Source: a virus
Lineage: Duplodnaviria > Heunggongvirae > Uroviricota > Caudoviricetes
Length of the DNA: 40,498 nt
Strand: one strand, 5' to 3'
IMG/VR virus record: IMGVR_UViG_2734482533_000012
The notes beneath the pieces were generated by a model, which saw only the letters and a list, made by a program, of their open reading frames with translations, searched no databases and had not been told where the DNA came from. Made by a program: the position numbers and the translations under genes. Within the stretch, counting starts at the first letter, position 1. Every line of letters begins with the position of its first letter. This document shows, piece after piece, positions 1 through 10,530 of this stretch.

Positions 1-63
1 CGTGGACTTCAGGTTGTCCTTCGCTTCGCGCGGGGTATGCCCCTTACTGCTGCCTTTACCCAT
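1..63 (-). CDS. J: Tail tip / host-specificity protein J, N-terminal 21 codons (rest lies beyond the window start)
   Basis: Reverse complement of 1-63 reads MGKGSSKGHTPREAKDNLKST, the lambda J N-terminus as I recall it; start codon at 61-63. Confidence 0.8.
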   Translation of the reverse strand, partial: MGKGSSKGHTPREAKDNLKST

Positions 64-123
64 TCCTCACGCTCCATAAACGACAAAACCGCCCGCAGGC
101 GGTTTCTCATAAAACATTTTGCA

Positions 124-646
124 TCAGCGACCAATCACCACAACCTGACCACCATCCCCTTCGTCTGCCGTGCTGATCTCCTGAGAAACCACACGTGACC
201 CCACGCGCATTTCCCCGTACAGAACAGGCAGAACATTACCCTGGGCAACCATGTTATCCAGTGACGAGAAATACGTGTTCTGTTTGCCGTTATCTGTACT
301 GGCTGCCGTGGGCGTCCTGGCTTTCGGTGCCAGCATCTGCGCCACACCACCCAGGATCATACTGGCCCCTGCTGCATACATACCCGATACAGCCGCGGCC
401 CCCAGCCAGCCCACAGGGTTCCACCATGCCACCGCAATCAGCGCCGCACCCAGCACCGCCTGAAACACACCGCCACTTTTGGCACCCGCCAGACGCGGAA
501 CGATGTGGATCACGGCACCATTTGCCAGCGGTTCATTAAGACGGGCAGATAATTCATTTTCGCCTGCATCACGCCCGGCAATGCGCACCTGATACCAGCC
601 GTCGCTCAGTTTCTGACGAAATGCCGGGAGCTGTGTGGCCAGTGCC
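124..646 (-). CDS. I: Tail assembly protein I, C-terminal part (5' end lost in the assembly gap)
   Basis: Translation ...ALATQLPAFRQKLSDGWYQVRIAGRD...GEMRVGSRVVSQEISTADEGDGGQVVVIGR matches lambda gpI from memory; the ORF runs into the N-run. Confidence 0.8.
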
Positions 647-896
647 NNNNNNNNNNNNNNNNNNNNNNNNNNNNNNNNNNNNNNNNNNNNNNNNNNNNNN
701 NNNNNNNNNNNNNNNNNNNNNNNNNNNNNNNNNNNNNNNNNNNNNNNNNNNNNNNNNNNNNNNNNNNNNNNNNNNNNNNNNNNNNNNNNNNNNNNNNNNN
801 NNNNNNNNNNNNNNNNNNNNNNNNNNNNNNNNNNNNNNNNNNNNNNNNNNNNNNNNNNNNNNNNNNNNNNNNNNNNNNNNNNNNNNNNNNNNNNNN
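647..896. other. Assembly gap (250 N)
   Basis: Uninterrupted run of n characters; the X-run in the supplied 385-aa translation shows K and I are fused artificially across it. Confidence 0.99.
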
Positions 897-1281
897 AAGC
901 GTCCCGGAACAGCGTGTAACAGTCCGTCACCCCGTGCTCAAAGCGCCGCCCGGTGAGATGCGGCACACAGCGGAACTTGTGAATCGCCCCGCGGCAGACC
1001 AGCCACCACGACAAATCACTCTGCACCTGCAGCCGCCGGTCGGCCTCACTCAGCCAGGGCAGACCACCGGGGTGGCTGTGGACCAGCGCCACAATCTCAC
1101 CCTGCATCTCTGCCTGCAGCCAGTCCTCCGGAGCCATCCGGAAATACTCCTCCGGCTCACCGGAAATATTCACGCAGGGAAAATATCTTTCCCCCTCCGG
1201 TGTTCTCACCACGAAGCCGCACGACTCCGCTGGCGCACATCGCCGGGCGTGCGCCAGAATCGCTGATTCTGTCTGTGTCAT
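897..1281 (-). CDS. K: Tail assembly protein K, N-terminal part (3' end lost in the assembly gap)
   Basis: Translation MTQTESAILAHARRCAPAESCGFVV...VALVHSHPGG...HLTGRRFEHGVTDCYTLFRDA matches lambda gpK from memory. Confidence 0.8.
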
Positions 1282-1286
1282 GGGAT

Positions 1287-1985
1287 TTACTGCGAAAGTT
1301 TGTTAATGGAAAGGAAGCCGCCAAAGTTGCCGACGTTATTGCGGAACTTACAACCGCTCAGGCATTTGCTGCATTTATCCTTCGTGATATCGGACGTTGG
1401 CTGGTCATATTCATCCGCGACAGCCGGACCGTGATAACCGCACTCATCACCGCGATAGGTCCAGGTGCAGGTATTAGCAAGCATGATGCGCCCCGGAAAA
1501 ACAGCGCCGTCCGTTTCCGTCGGCGTGGACAGTACAAAGGAGGCACTGACCGCGCTCAGTTCGCTGCACTGCTCAATACGCCAGCGGCTGATCACCTCCT
1601 GCTCCGGATCGGCGTCACTGTTTCCGTTGACGAAGTTCACCGCATCCAGAAAACGGGCGTAAACCTTACGCCTGACCACCGTTCCGCCGACCAGACTCTG
1701 CAGGTCTTCCGCCATCCCGGTGACCATGCCGTGCAGATTAGAGACTTTCAGCGTTGGCCTTGCACTGGCACCTTTGCCGTTCATCTCAAATCCACTCCCC
1801 TGAATGGGATAGGCCTGATACTGCCGACTCTGCCAGGTGACAGACTCTCCTTTCTCGTTCTGCTCATTGCAGAAAAAGTAGCGATCCCCGCCTACCTCGG
1901 TCAGGTCGATTTCCCAGAGCACCACGCTGGCCGACTGCTCCGCACGAATGCATTCATTCAGCGTTTCCTGTTGTATGTCCTGCAT
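1287..1985 (-). CDS. L: Minor tail protein L
   Basis: 232-aa translation [33 protein letters not shown]... is near-identical to lambda gpL over its length, from memory. Confidence 0.9.
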   Translation of the reverse strand: MQDIQQETLNECIRAEQSASVVLWEIDLTEVGGDRYFFCNEQNEKGESVTWQSRQYQAYPIQGSGFEMNGKGASARPTLKVSNLHGMVTGMAEDLQSLVGGTVVRRKVYARFLDAVNFVNGNSDADPEQEVISRWRIEQCSELSAVSASFVLSTPTETDGAVFPGRIMLANTCTWTYRGDECGYHGPAVADEYDQPTSDITKDKCSKCLSGCKFRNNVGNFGGFLSINKLSQ

Positions 1986-2323
1986 CAGATCACCACTTCG
2001 TCAAACTGACACGAAAAATCGGTATAGGTGATATGTTCTGTCGCTGACCACGTTCGACACACCACTCTGATTTTTCTGTTAATACCCGGCGGGCGCCAAA
2101 AAAAAGATTTATAGCCTTCATGCCGGGCTAAAAATTTTTCAAATGAATCACGTTCATTCGCCTCAACTTTGAAATCACAGGTGAAAACGCGCAGAGAATG
2201 ATTAAGTCCATTTGGACTTCGTTGCTCATAACCATCACCAAATCTTACAGTTTTTATCGATGGTTTATTTTCTGTTTTCATTCCATCCTCTGGTAACCAG
2301 TGAAATTCTTCCGTATTAGCCAC
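1985..2323 (-). CDS. M: Minor tail protein M
   Basis: 112 aa with RFGDGYEQR...[13 protein letters not shown]...F..QFDEVV matching lambda gpM; its stop overlaps the L start (ATGA), suggesting translational coupling. Confidence 0.8.
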   Translation of the reverse strand: MANTEEFHWLPEDGMKTENKPSIKTVRFGDGYEQRSPNGLNHSLRVFTCDFKVEANERDSFEKFLARHEGYKSFFWRPPGINRKIRVVCRTWSATEHITYTDFSCQFDEVVI

Positions 2324-5300
2324 TTAACATTCCCCCATCACGTCGCATATTTAACAGATTGCCCTGCACCCGCTGATCAACCATCCCCATAAGTGCTTTT
2401 ATTGCCTGAGGGCCAATCTCTCCATTCTGGCCGTCATTTTGAATAGTGATTTGGTATACAGGGGCATAGGTAATATCTCCGCCTCCATTACCACTTTTAC
2501 TATTAATAGCTCTGACACCAAGAGAACCATCGGAAGTTCGTGTTAATGGCATAATGGCTTCCGGTCCAGCCTCACCAAAAACACCAGCCCCTTTTGCAAA
2601 AGCAAAAAATTGCGGGGAATCATAAATACCGTTCGAATACGTGCTCAATGACGGAGACTCATAAACACCGCCCTTTGCATTCGGAATAAATTTACTAATA
2701 GCACTCCCGATAGTTCCTAAAATCCCCCCAGAAGAACTGTTACTAATGCTGTCGAAAATCCCAGTAATTGAAGCCTTTAATGCTATTCGACTAAGATCCG
2801 AAATCACGGAAGTAGCGAAAGAACGAAAATTTGCCTTGCCTGTCGTGACAAAATCACCCAGCGCATCGGTCATCCCATCAAACATCTGAGTCGTGGTTGA
2901 TTTTATCTGCTCACTGATATCCTTAGTGTCATCCAGCCAGTTATTGAATCCCTGGGAGGCACCACTAACCCAGTCTCCTGCCTGAATATCGAGCTGCTCG
3001 TTTTTCTGTCTGACAATTTCTTTTTCCCGTTCCAGAGCATCATTCAGAGCCTGCATTTTCTCTTGAAAAACATGATCTGACATTCCACGGGATTTATCTG
3101 CATAGTCACGTTCAAGTTGCAGACGCTGATTGTTATATCCATGTTCAATCCGCAGTAATTCCTGCTGGCGTTGCTGATTTTTATCGCCAACCCCATAACC
3201 AGCAATCTGAATATCATACCCCTGCTGACGATTATCAATCGAAGCCTGCAATGAATCACGCCATGCTGTTATTTCGGCGGATTCCTTGATTAGCCTGTTA
3301 TTTTTTTCAATCGCAACATTTTTCTCCATCAACGTGGTTATTTCTTCCCGGTGTAAGAGAAGCGATTTCTGATCCTGGGTTAATTTCGATGATGGTCGTG
3401 ACTCTAGGTCGGCAATCCGCTGACGCCACTTAACCAGTTCCTGTTCAGAGGAACTTAATTTAACGGTCAACTCAGCTTGTGAACTTAGTAACGCATTCTG
3501 TTGATTCAGATGATCAATCATTCGTTGGGCTGCATCATCAGAATAACCTTTCGCCTTTGGTTGCTTTGGATCTTTATAACGCTCATTTATTTGAGCGATA
3601 AGATTATTATATTCTTCCTTTGAATACTGATTCTTTAGCTTTTCCAGTTTTGCAAGTTCACTAGCTCTCTGCTGCTCCCGGGTCTGATATTGTTTTGAAA
3701 AGGCATCTGCTCTCTGTCTGAGTTCAATTCCTTCCTGTTGTCGCTTGTTGTAATCGTTTATTGATGAATTTAGTACGTCCTGAGCAATTTTTTCTGCTTG
3801 AAGTACGCCCAATTGCTGCTTTAATCGTGCCAGCCTTTTATTTTGAGCTCCGCCATCTCCAATGCCACCTAACCCGAAAACTCCGGGTCGGGTATTTTTT
3901 TCTATTTCATCAATTTGACGGAGAACATCTGAGATTTTTTGATCAAGGGAGGCCTCACGGCCAATATCCAGCATGGAATCCCATGCCCATTTTGCGGAGT
4001 CTGCGACAGCTTTCCATGCAGTCTCAAGATAACCAAGATTTTCTTTAATCTGGTTGGTGCGCTGGATCATTGAGGATGAGTATTCTTCTGTCGCAATGCG
4101 GGCGGCCTCCTGCTGGTTCCCTTCATCCTGTAGCGCCTTAATCTGGTTATAAGTCGCAAGTGTCAGAAAATGGTACTGATCATTAAGTTTTGATATGGCA
4201 CTGACAGGATCCTTTGCAATTTCATTGAAGTCATTAACCAGTTGTTCGGTTGATATTCCTGTTACTTCGCTCGTTTTTACTATCGCTGTCGTCACTTGCT
4301 CCAGCGAACTGCTCGCTACCTTTCCCGAACGCACAAGCTGATTTAATACTGCCGCCGCAGCACCAGTTGTCGAATCAGCCGCATTCCCGGCACGTTGAGC
4401 TATATCGCCCAATTGCCCGCTGGTTGTCCCCAACTGATTTCCGGTAAGAATAAGAGATTTATTAAATTCGTCCTGCTCCTGAGAGCCTTTATAGTAAGCC
4501 AGTCCTAAGACCCCAACGGCTGCTGCGGCCAGGGTAAAAGGATTAATTAATCCCAGCACATAAGAACCTACACCTTTGATCGCCGGGCCAATCCCACCGA
4601 ACATATCTTTTAGCTGGCCGCCCTGCTGCATTAACACCATAAATGGCGACTGACCAGTGGACAACCCAACAACAATATCCGTCATTTGTACAGGCAACAT
4701 GCGCATAGCAAAAGCCGTTTGTTTTGCCGACATTCCGGTTTTGCTTAATTGTGATTGAGTAACCTCAAGCTCACTCCGCATAGCACGAAGTTTTCCAGAA
4801 AGCTCCTCATACATTTCAGGAGAAAGCATCCCCTTAGCTTTTGCTTCATTGAGCTGTTTCTGTTGTTCTACCAGACGATTAAAAGCAGTTCCGACAGGAT
4901 CAAGTTGAGCAATCAGACGTTGCAAAGCAACAACCTGTTCATCATGCGCTTTTGCTGCTTCTCGCTCTGCCTGAGCCTCTCCGGTAAGCTCTCGCCGTGT
5001 TTCCTGTATTTTTCGGCTATAATTCTCAAACTGAGAACCATTTATTTTCCCGGATGCAAACGCAGCATTAAGTTCATCATGCTGTTGTTCAAGATTTCTT
5101 AGCGCCGCAGCCAGAGGGTCGATCTTGTCCAGCATTCTTTGAAAGGCCTGAGCCTGCGCTTCCTGCTGGGCGGCAGCAAGTTTTCCGGCCTTCTCGGCTT
5201 CTCTCTGCGCTTGCGCAACCCCGCTCAATTCCTCTGTGGTTTCATTAAGTTTACGGACAAGAAATTCATATTCTTCTTTATCAATAAGCCCTTTATCGAA

Positions 5301-5549
5301 AAATTTCTTTAATTCAGAATAGCGTCGACCGACAGTATCAATTGCGGCACCAACTGGATCAATAGCTGCTTTTAATTTTGCGAGCGCGTTCTTCTCATCT
5401 TCTGTTGCCTTAGTCACTTTCCCTGCGCTATTTGCAGCAGTTTCCCCAGCCTGCGTCATTTTGACTAATGAGGAGGTCAGATTGTCAGCATTATTTTTCG
5501 CTCCAGTGCTATCAATAATTATTGCGAGACGCGAGGTTTGCTCTGCCAT
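2316..5549 (-). CDS. Tail tape measure protein
   Basis: 1077-aa ORF with a long coiled-coil-like N-terminal half, sitting between the G/G-T chaperone and gpM as tape measure genes do; AGGAG ribosome-binding site upstream. Confidence 0.85.
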   Translation of the reverse strand: MAEQTSRLAIIIDSTGAKNNADNLTSSLVKMTQAGETAANSAGKVTKATEDEKNALAKLKAAIDPVGAAIDTVGRRYSELKKFFDKGLIDKEEYEFLVRKLNETTEELSGVAQAQREAEKAGKLAAAQQEAQAQAFQRMLDKIDPLAAALRNLEQQHDELNAAFASGKINGSQFENYSRKIQETRRELTGEAQAEREAAKAHDEQVVALQRLIAQLDPVGTAFNRLVEQQKQLNEAKAKGMLSPEMYEELSGKLRAMRSELEVTQSQLSKTGMSAKQTAFAMRMLPVQMTDIVVGLSTGQSPFMVLMQQGGQLKDMFGGIGPAIKGVGSYVLGLINPFTLAAAAVGVLGLAYYKGSQEQDEFNKSLILTGNQLGTTSGQLGDIAQRAGNAADSTTGAAAAVLNQLVRSGKVASSSLEQVTTAIVKTSEVTGISTEQLVNDFNEIAKDPVSAISKLNDQYHFLTLATYNQIKALQDEGNQQEAARIATEEYSSSMIQRTNQIKENLGYLETAWKAVADSAKWAWDSMLDIGREASLDQKISDVLRQIDEIEKNTRPGVFGLGGIGDGGAQNKRLARLKQQLGVLQAEKIAQDVLNSSINDYNKRQQEGIELRQRADAFSKQYQTREQQRASELAKLEKLKNQYSKEEYNNLIAQINERYKDPKQPKAKGYSDDAAQRMIDHLNQQNALLSSQAELTVKLSSSEQELVKWRQRIADLESRPSSKLTQDQKSLLLHREEITTLMEKNVAIEKNNRLIKESAEITAWRDSLQASIDNRQQGYDIQIAGYGVGDKNQQRQQELLRIEHGYNNQRLQLERDYADKSRGMSDHVFQEKMQALNDALEREKEIVRQKNEQLDIQAGDWVSGASQGFNNWLDDTKDISEQIKSTTTQMFDGMTDALGDFVTTGKANFRSFATSVISDLSRIALKASITGIFDSISNSSSGGILGTIGSAISKFIPNAKGGVYESPSLSTYSNGIYDSPQFFAFAKGAGVFGEAGPEAIMPLTRTSDGSLGVRAINSKSGNGGGDITYAPVYQITIQNDGQNGEIGPQAIKALMGMVDQRVQGNLLNMRRDGGMLSG

Positions 5550-5565
5550 TTATTAAAACTCCTGA

Positions 5566-5597
5566 CAACAAAAAACCCACCGCGAAGTGGGTTTCAG
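5566..5597 (-). terminator. Hairpin plus U-run immediately upstream of the tape measure start (possible attenuator)
   Basis: Minus strand reads ACCCACUUCGCGGUGGGU followed by UUUUUUG; stem ACCCAC/GUGGGU at 5575-5592, U-run at 5569-5574, in the 165-bp gap between T and the tape measure gene. Confidence 0.4.
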
Positions 5598-5714
5598 GCG
5601 ACATAATAGTAGATATAGCGATTACGAGGCCACGCAATGCTTTTCTCCAGGAGCATCATCGATTTAATTAAAGACACCATCACATCTCTGTAACAGAGTG
5701 TACGTAATTAACAA

Positions 5715-6484
5715 CTACACACACTGCTCCTGAAAATACTGGTCATCCAGTGCAAAGATCACTGCTTCAAATTCATCGCGCTCAATCAATACCGGATGAG
5801 TGGCTAAATATTCATTTATCTCTGTCAGAGATAAAGGCAAAGGCACCCCAGCCATTCCAGCATAACGTCGGGCACGGGATATTACCGAATAGGCGTACAA
5901 CAACTCCTTAAGCACCGGGTCTATTTCTGGTTCCGGTATCGGTGGCAACCTGAGTTTTTCTCGCTTCCATCTTGCCTTTTCCCCCCTTTCTCCCCCGAAC
6001 TCCGATAACCACCGCTGGGCAGCTATGGCTTTTTTATCGTATCCTGCTTCTGCTGCTCTTTACCCTGGGCGATGCTGGCTGCTTCTGCAAGGATCTGCCA
6101 GTACAACTCTGGATTCTGCTTAAGCAGCGCGATCCCTCGTTCTGCCGTATATTCCAGTGCAACCTCAACACCATTAACCAGTTCACCAACCCCTTTCCAG
6201 TCTTTCAGCAGATAACGAGCGGCATTATCAATGAGTAAATCATCAACAGAATCCACCTCGGAAACCTTTGAAATATCAAACTCCTTCGTTCCGACGTGCA
6301 AACTGGCATCCATTTTCTCAATGTGGCGACGGATTAATGCATTACGGGAGCGATACTGATCGTTATCGCTGCTTGCCACCAACAGTTTTAACCCGTCTAC
6401 AGGTTTTAAGTCCTTCATTGGCGTAAACCAGCGTTCTCCACCAATGATAATTTTCTGATTAAGAATAAACATCCATAACCTCAT
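5715..6484 (-). CDS. Tail assembly chaperone G-T fusion made by programmed -1 frameshift
   Basis: The -1 frame is open from the slippery site at 6029-6035 down to 5715 (...KKAIAAQRWLSEFGGERGEKARWKREKLRLPPIPEPEIDPV...), directly upstream of the tape measure gene as in lambda G/G-T. Confidence 0.65.
6023..6484 (-). CDS. Tail assembly chaperone (gpG-like)
   Basis: 153-aa ORF between the major tail gene and the frameshift site; acidic protein in the expected position. Confidence 0.65.
   Translation of the reverse strand: MRLWMFILNQKIIIGGERWFTPMKDLKPVDGLKLLVASSDNDQYRSRNALIRRHIEKMDASLHVGTKEFDISKVSEVDSVDDLLIDNAARYLLKDWKGVGELVNGVEVALEYTAERGIALLKQNPELYWQILAEAASIAQGKEQQKQDTIKKP
6029..6035 (-). promoter_or_regulatory. 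Slippery heptamer A_AAA_AAG for the G to G-T -1 frameshift
   Basis: Minus strand reads ACG AUA AAA AAG CCA UAG; the heptamer sits 2 codons before the G stop and the -1 frame continues open for about 100 codons. Confidence 0.65.
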
Positions 6485-6532
6485 TCAATGCGTCCCCCTG
6501 TAGGGCAGTACCACAGGAGGAATAACGGAAAA

Positions 6533-7495
6533 TCAACTAATCGCCTCAGCACTGGCTTTTGCGATCACGGCAGCCGGGGAATTTTTTTTTCTGGTTATCG
6601 TAGGTGCTTCATCTGCTGCGGTAATGCTCAATTGAACCTGGATAATGTCGCTATTACCCCCATCAGGCCATTCACCTGACACCTGAACCTTCGGGAAACT
6701 GAAAGTGTATGCCCCCTCTCCATTCGAAAGCGTGAAGCTGAACGGAACTGTTTCTCCAGTCAGTGTTTTACTCCAGATTTCCCACGCGGCTTTAGACCAT
6801 GAAAGCGTCACCGTACCGGACGGTGTAAAAGTAGTCGGAATATTTGCTCCTGCATAAGGCGAGCCAGTCCCGATACAACGCTGTGTCTGGAGTTTGTTAT
6901 CGAACTGAATATCAAAACTGTCGATACAAAAACCGTTACCTCCGGCAACACCATTCAGGCTTACTGCTGAAACCTCCTTAAACGAATAACGTAGCTTTCC
7001 TGCACTATCCACAGGTTCGCCTTTGATAAAATTCGTATCATCGGCCTTTGATTCCCAGTCCAGTCCGGCAAAGGTTACGGTCGCTGTAATATCGCCGTCG
7101 TTAGGGATCTGCATTTTCCATGAGCCAACCTGCGCTCCTCTGACGACAGAGGCAATTCCGACATCGGACGCATAGGTCGCCAGAGAAAATGTTATTCGCT
7201 CATTCCCCATTGTCAGAGAATCGCCTGACCATTCCGCGCCGAAACAGGATGCAAGAAAATCATCATGTTGACCCCAGCGAAATTTGGTACCAACATCACC
7301 GCCGACATCCACAGTGCCAGGCGTCGCCCCCTGAGCCATCCGGGAGCCACCAATCTCATTATTTTCGCCTTTATTCTGGGTGGGTTTTACTCCCCAGCTT
7401 GTGCGTTTTAATAAACTCCAGTCACCACTTGCTGGCGTAGTGCCTGCAACCGTCTCCCGGATAAATGCCGAGATAACCTTTGCACCTGAACTCAC
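6533..7495 (-). CDS. Major tail (tube) protein
   Basis: 320-aa ORF directly upstream of the chaperone/tape measure block; Gly/Thr/Ser-rich composition typical of tail tube proteins. Assigned by position. Confidence 0.65.
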   Translation of the reverse strand: MSSGAKVISAFIRETVAGTTPASGDWSLLKRTSWGVKPTQNKGENNEIGGSRMAQGATPGTVDVGGDVGTKFRWGQHDDFLASCFGAEWSGDSLTMGNERITFSLATYASDVGIASVVRGAQVGSWKMQIPNDGDITATVTFAGLDWESKADDTNFIKGEPVDSAGKLRYSFKEVSAVSLNGVAGGNGFCIDSFDIQFDNKLQTQRCIGTGSPYAGANIPTTFTPSGTVTLSWSKAAWEIWSKTLTGETVPFSFTLSNGEGAYTFSFPKVQVSGEWPDGGNSDIIQVQLSITAADEAPTITRKKNSPAAVIAKASAEAIS

Positions 7496-7521
7496 AGGAG
7501 CCTCCTATGTCATTAATTGCG

Positions 7522-7914
7522 CTAGAGCGCGCGATATGGAATTTGAAGATTAAGCTGGAACCAGCCATTCTTTTCGCCAACGGCTATTGAGGAAACAGCC
7601 TGGTAACTGAGACGATCGTCATCCTGAAACTCAAACAGTTCCCGCAATTTATCGGCTGTCTCAGTAATGAGTTTTGAACCAGAACCTGCGGGGACAAATA
7701 ACTGAATAATGATTATCCCCGTGCGATAAACAACCGGCCCCGCGCCAATTTCATTAACTCCAGCCTGCCCGGGAATATTACTTAACCGCGCCCAGATTAA
7801 CTTACCGGAAGGATCGAACGTTGGCCCGTTCGGATACAATACGTCTTTTCCATCAATAATCGTCTGTGCCGTCATTCTGGAAATAACCGTATTTCTGATT
7901 TCAGTAAACTTCAT
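7522..7914 (-). CDS. Tail completion / tail terminator protein (by position)
   Basis: 130-aa ORF immediately upstream of the major tail gene. Confidence 0.45.
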   Translation of the reverse strand: MKFTEIRNTVISRMTAQTIIDGKDVLYPNGPTFDPSGKLIWARLSNIPGQAGVNEIGAGPVVYRTGIIIIQLFVPAGSGSKLITETADKLRELFEFQDDDRLSYQAVSSIAVGEKNGWFQLNLQIPYRAL

Positions 7915-8291
7915 TTGTAAGCCTGTAAAACACCATGAAAAGCGTTGGCATACACGCCAGTTGGCGCTTGTTGTGAATGACCGTTTTCAAGAGCCTCTGC
8001 ATAAGGAAGGTTATTCTGGATATAAATAACCCCGTAATTTGCAGCTTTCGAAATAACCCCGATCCCACGCTGAACAGCAATCGTACCGTTCGGATCCACG
8101 TTATCAGATATACCAAAATCGGGATGCTGTAACGACACCAGGTTGTTATTTCTGAAACGTCCGGTATCAACCGGAGCAGCAATATCAATAGCAGTAAGAA
8201 TCTGCATAGCGATGTAGCGAATCTTCAGCCCTACATCTTCCTCAATCATCCCGGCAAATATTGACGGTTCTATATCCCATGCCTTTGCCAT
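7911..8291 (-). CDS. Head-tail joining protein (possibly HK97 gp10-like)
   Basis: 126-aa ORF in the head-tail connector block; 4-bp overlap with the downstream gene. Confidence 0.45.
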   Translation of the reverse strand: MAKAWDIEPSIFAGMIEEDVGLKIRYIAMQILTAIDIAAPVDTGRFRNNNLVSLQHPDFGISDNVDPNGTIAVQRGIGVISKAANYGVIYIQNNLPYAEALENGHSQQAPTGVYANAFHGVLQAYK

Positions 8292-8675
8292 TTACGCTCT
8301 CCTTAACTGGATAGAGTAAACTGATGCGGAAGGATCTACACTTGCTGTAATTACCTCGTATCGTTGTAACTGCCTTGATACAGGATCATAAATCTCAATA
8401 ATATGGTCGACAGCTGGTTTATCCGTAACCTCGCATACCAGAGCGGTTAATTTAAGGTCACCATGCAAAATATTAATCCCATCAATTCTGCCCAGCTTAT
8501 AACGTGTCAACACGCCTCGCCCGGTATAGATTGCGGTGGATTCGCCGCCAGTTTCCGTCACAGGATCCCAGTGCCGGTGCGTAACGTAAGAACCAGAAAA
8601 ATCACTCACGGCGTCCGCTAAATCCTCATCAAAAGCAGCGGCAACCTCTGACTGAATCTCTTCACGAAGCCCCAT
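8292..8675 (-). CDS. Head-tail adaptor / head closure protein (by position)
   Basis: 127-aa ORF in the head-tail connector block. Confidence 0.45.
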   Translation of the reverse strand: MGLREEIQSEVAAAFDEDLADAVSDFSGSYVTHRHWDPVTETGGESTAIYTGRGVLTRYKLGRIDGINILHGDLKLTALVCEVTDKPAVDHIIEIYDPVSRQLQRYEVITASVDPSASVYSIQLRRA

Positions 8676-9070
8676 TATCCCCCCCTCACAACCCTGACTT
8701 GTGAGCGACTAAGTCCGTACGGTTTCAGCAGTGCTATCGCAAGCTGTAAATCGGGTTCAAGCAATGCAGTGCTGTTTGCTGGCAACTCAGAAAATGATTT
8801 CGATACACTGACCCCGTCAGCCGACACGGCTTTACTGATAACAACGCCAGAATCATTTTTCTGCTGAAACAACTTACCGAATGAGGCAATTCTGGCTGCA
8901 TATGCTCCCGCAAGTTTTACCTCTTCCGGAATACGGGATGGGTTAATTTTCAGGTTGAAGCCATTAAGCCAGGCATTAGCCATTAAAACAGCTTTATTTT
9001 TAGCGTTCTCACTCGTCCAGGCGTTCCCAAACGCATTATCAACGTCATCACAGGTCACGTAAGTGATCAT
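8675..9070 (-). CDS. Head-tail connector protein (by position)
   Basis: 131-aa ORF; start overlaps the stop of the downstream gene. Confidence 0.45.
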   Translation of the reverse strand: MITYVTCDDVDNAFGNAWTSENAKNKAVLMANAWLNGFNLKINPSRIPEEVKLAGAYAARIASFGKLFQQKNDSGVVISKAVSADGVSVSKSFSELPANSTALLEPDLQLAIALLKPYGLSRSQVRVVRGG

Positions 9071-9073
9071 GTG

Positions 9074-9250
9074 TTACTCCTGAGTTTTCCAGCCCATAGC
9101 CTTCCAGTTGTCAACTTCATCAGGATGAACATTAGCGATAGTTGGTGCGCCGGGAAACATCTGATAATCGGTCACCATAACCACTAACTCAATTTGCGTT
9201 TTTTGTGCGGCTTCACGCTGTGCTCTTTGCTCTTTAGTTAATCCGGCCAT
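9074..9250 (-). CDS. Small phage protein (58 aa), function unknown
   Basis: ORF MAGLTKEQRAQREAAQKTQIELVVMVTDYQMFPGAPTIANVHPDEVDNWKAMGWKTQE lies between the capsid gene terminator and the connector genes; not in the supplied track because it is under 60 aa. Confidence 0.35.
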   Translation of the reverse strand: MAGLTKEQRAQREAAQKTQIELVVMVTDYQMFPGAPTIANVHPDEVDNWKAMGWKTQE

Positions 9251-9260
9251 ATGCCCCCCA

Positions 9261-9285
9261 TTAAAAATGGGGCCGAAGCCCCGTT
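9261..9285 (-). terminator. Intrinsic terminator / attenuator just after the major capsid gene
   Basis: Minus strand reads GGGGCUUCGGCCCC (9269-9282) followed by AUUUUUAA; located 8 bp downstream of the capsid stop. Confidence 0.55.
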
Positions 9286-9292
9286 TGAATGT

Positions 9293-10432
9293 TTAACCAA
9301 GAATCAGACAACCATGTGCCGGCTTCACTGATGAAACACCCCATGCCAGTCCAACTTCATAGCGCACCTGGCGATACTGACGATACAGTGCAATCTGGAA
9401 CGTAATCCCTGAAATCGGGTCCGTAACATTCATTACATCATCAGCATTATCGCCACCTTCCGGCATTGCCGGAGTACGGGATGCCAGCAGAAACGCGTTG
9501 CGATCAAACGCCATATTTGCAGTAAAGGCCCCAACAACTGTGATGGCAGTATCATCGGCCAGATCCTGACGCAGTCCGGGCGCTGCAAGAGTAATCAGAT
9601 TGCTGGTCGCTGCTGCCACAACATACTGATTCGGATCACCAGCGAACGTAACAATCTGACCTGCAGAAATACTCCCCGAACCAGTATCAATGGAAATAAG
9701 AACATCGCCTTCTTTTTTCTCTCCATTCACGAGATAACCAGTTGCAGCAACCTTTGGCGCTCGTTTCACACCTGCCGAACTGTGAATATTGAATCCCTCC
9801 AGACGCCCCAACACGCCCTCACGCAGTAGCTGTTCAGTGCCGGATTCATTCACTTTAAACAATACAGACTGTTTTCCGCGCAAATTAGCAATGGCAGTGG
9901 AGCCAAGCACCATCTGCAGATCGGTTGTCGGTGCGCCGTTATCCTCCAGAACCTGACGAGCCAGAGCAGCATCAGAAAGATCATCTTTAACACCAAACGG
10001 CGTTGTCCCTGCGGTTCCCACGGCGCGGGAAGCACCGAAATACAACGCACCAAGATCAGCCTCAACCTCGTTTGCAAGGGCGCGAAAAGCCTGCTTGAAC
10101 TGATCAGCCAGAATGGTGTTGTAAGTCCCTGAAGGGCCAAGAGCCAGTTGTTCTTCACCATTCCATTTAACCGGTGCCATTTTGGATTTAGTAATTTTTA
10201 CATCAACAGTGCCAATATTTTGATCACCGGTATTCGGAGCTGACGGCCCCGGTACGATATCTTCGGTTTTCGCCTCAGGCGCAACTGGCGCGGTTACCGT
10301 CTGATCTTTTGCTGCGGCGTCAGCTTTTGCGTTTTTTGCTACCGCAGGGATAAAACCTACCTGCTCACGGGATACAACATCCAGGGCGGTATAAATAGTC
10401 GGGATCAACCCGGTCAGGGTATTTCCAGCCAT
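9293..10432 (-). CDS. Major capsid protein
   Basis: 380 aa from ATG at 10432 (MAGNTLTGLIP...) with AAGGAA upstream; the longer track ORF begins at an upstream in-frame Met with no ribosome-binding site. Follows the scaffold gene and is followed by a terminator. Confidence 0.6.
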   Translation of the reverse strand: MAGNTLTGLIPTIYTALDVVSREQVGFIPAVAKNAKADAAAKDQTVTAPVAPEAKTEDIVPGPSAPNTGDQNIGTVDVKITKSKMAPVKWNGEEQLALGPSGTYNTILADQFKQAFRALANEVEADLGALYFGASRAVGTAGTTPFGVKDDLSDAALARQVLEDNGAPTTDLQMVLGSTAIANLRGKQSVLFKVNESGTEQLLREGVLGRLEGFNIHSSAGVKRAPKVAATGYLVNGEKKEGDVLISIDTGSGSISAGQIVTFAGDPNQYVVAAATSNLITLAAPGLRQDLADDTAITVVGAFTANMAFDRNAFLLASRTPAMPEGGDNADDVMNVTDPISGITFQIALYRQYRQVRYEVGLAWGVSSVKPAHGCLILG

Positions 10433-10530
10433 AATTAAATATTCCTTAAAAATTTGCGTAATTGTGAATAGATGGAGTAATGAGCTATCCAGCCCTGACA
10501 CCAGCTCCCATCCGGAAGCTGACAAATGTG

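Noticed and set aside
1200-2009. 269-aa plus-strand ORF overlapping the K and L tail genes
   Set aside because: Antisense shadow ORF of recognised minus-strand genes; no ribosome-binding site, and the translation has no recognisable features.
9293-10525. Longer 410-aa form of the capsid ORF starting at MSASGWELV...
   Set aside because: The N-terminal 30 codons have no ribosome-binding site, whereas the internal ATG at 10432 has AAGGAA upstream and begins a typical capsid N-terminus; the extension is probably untranslated.
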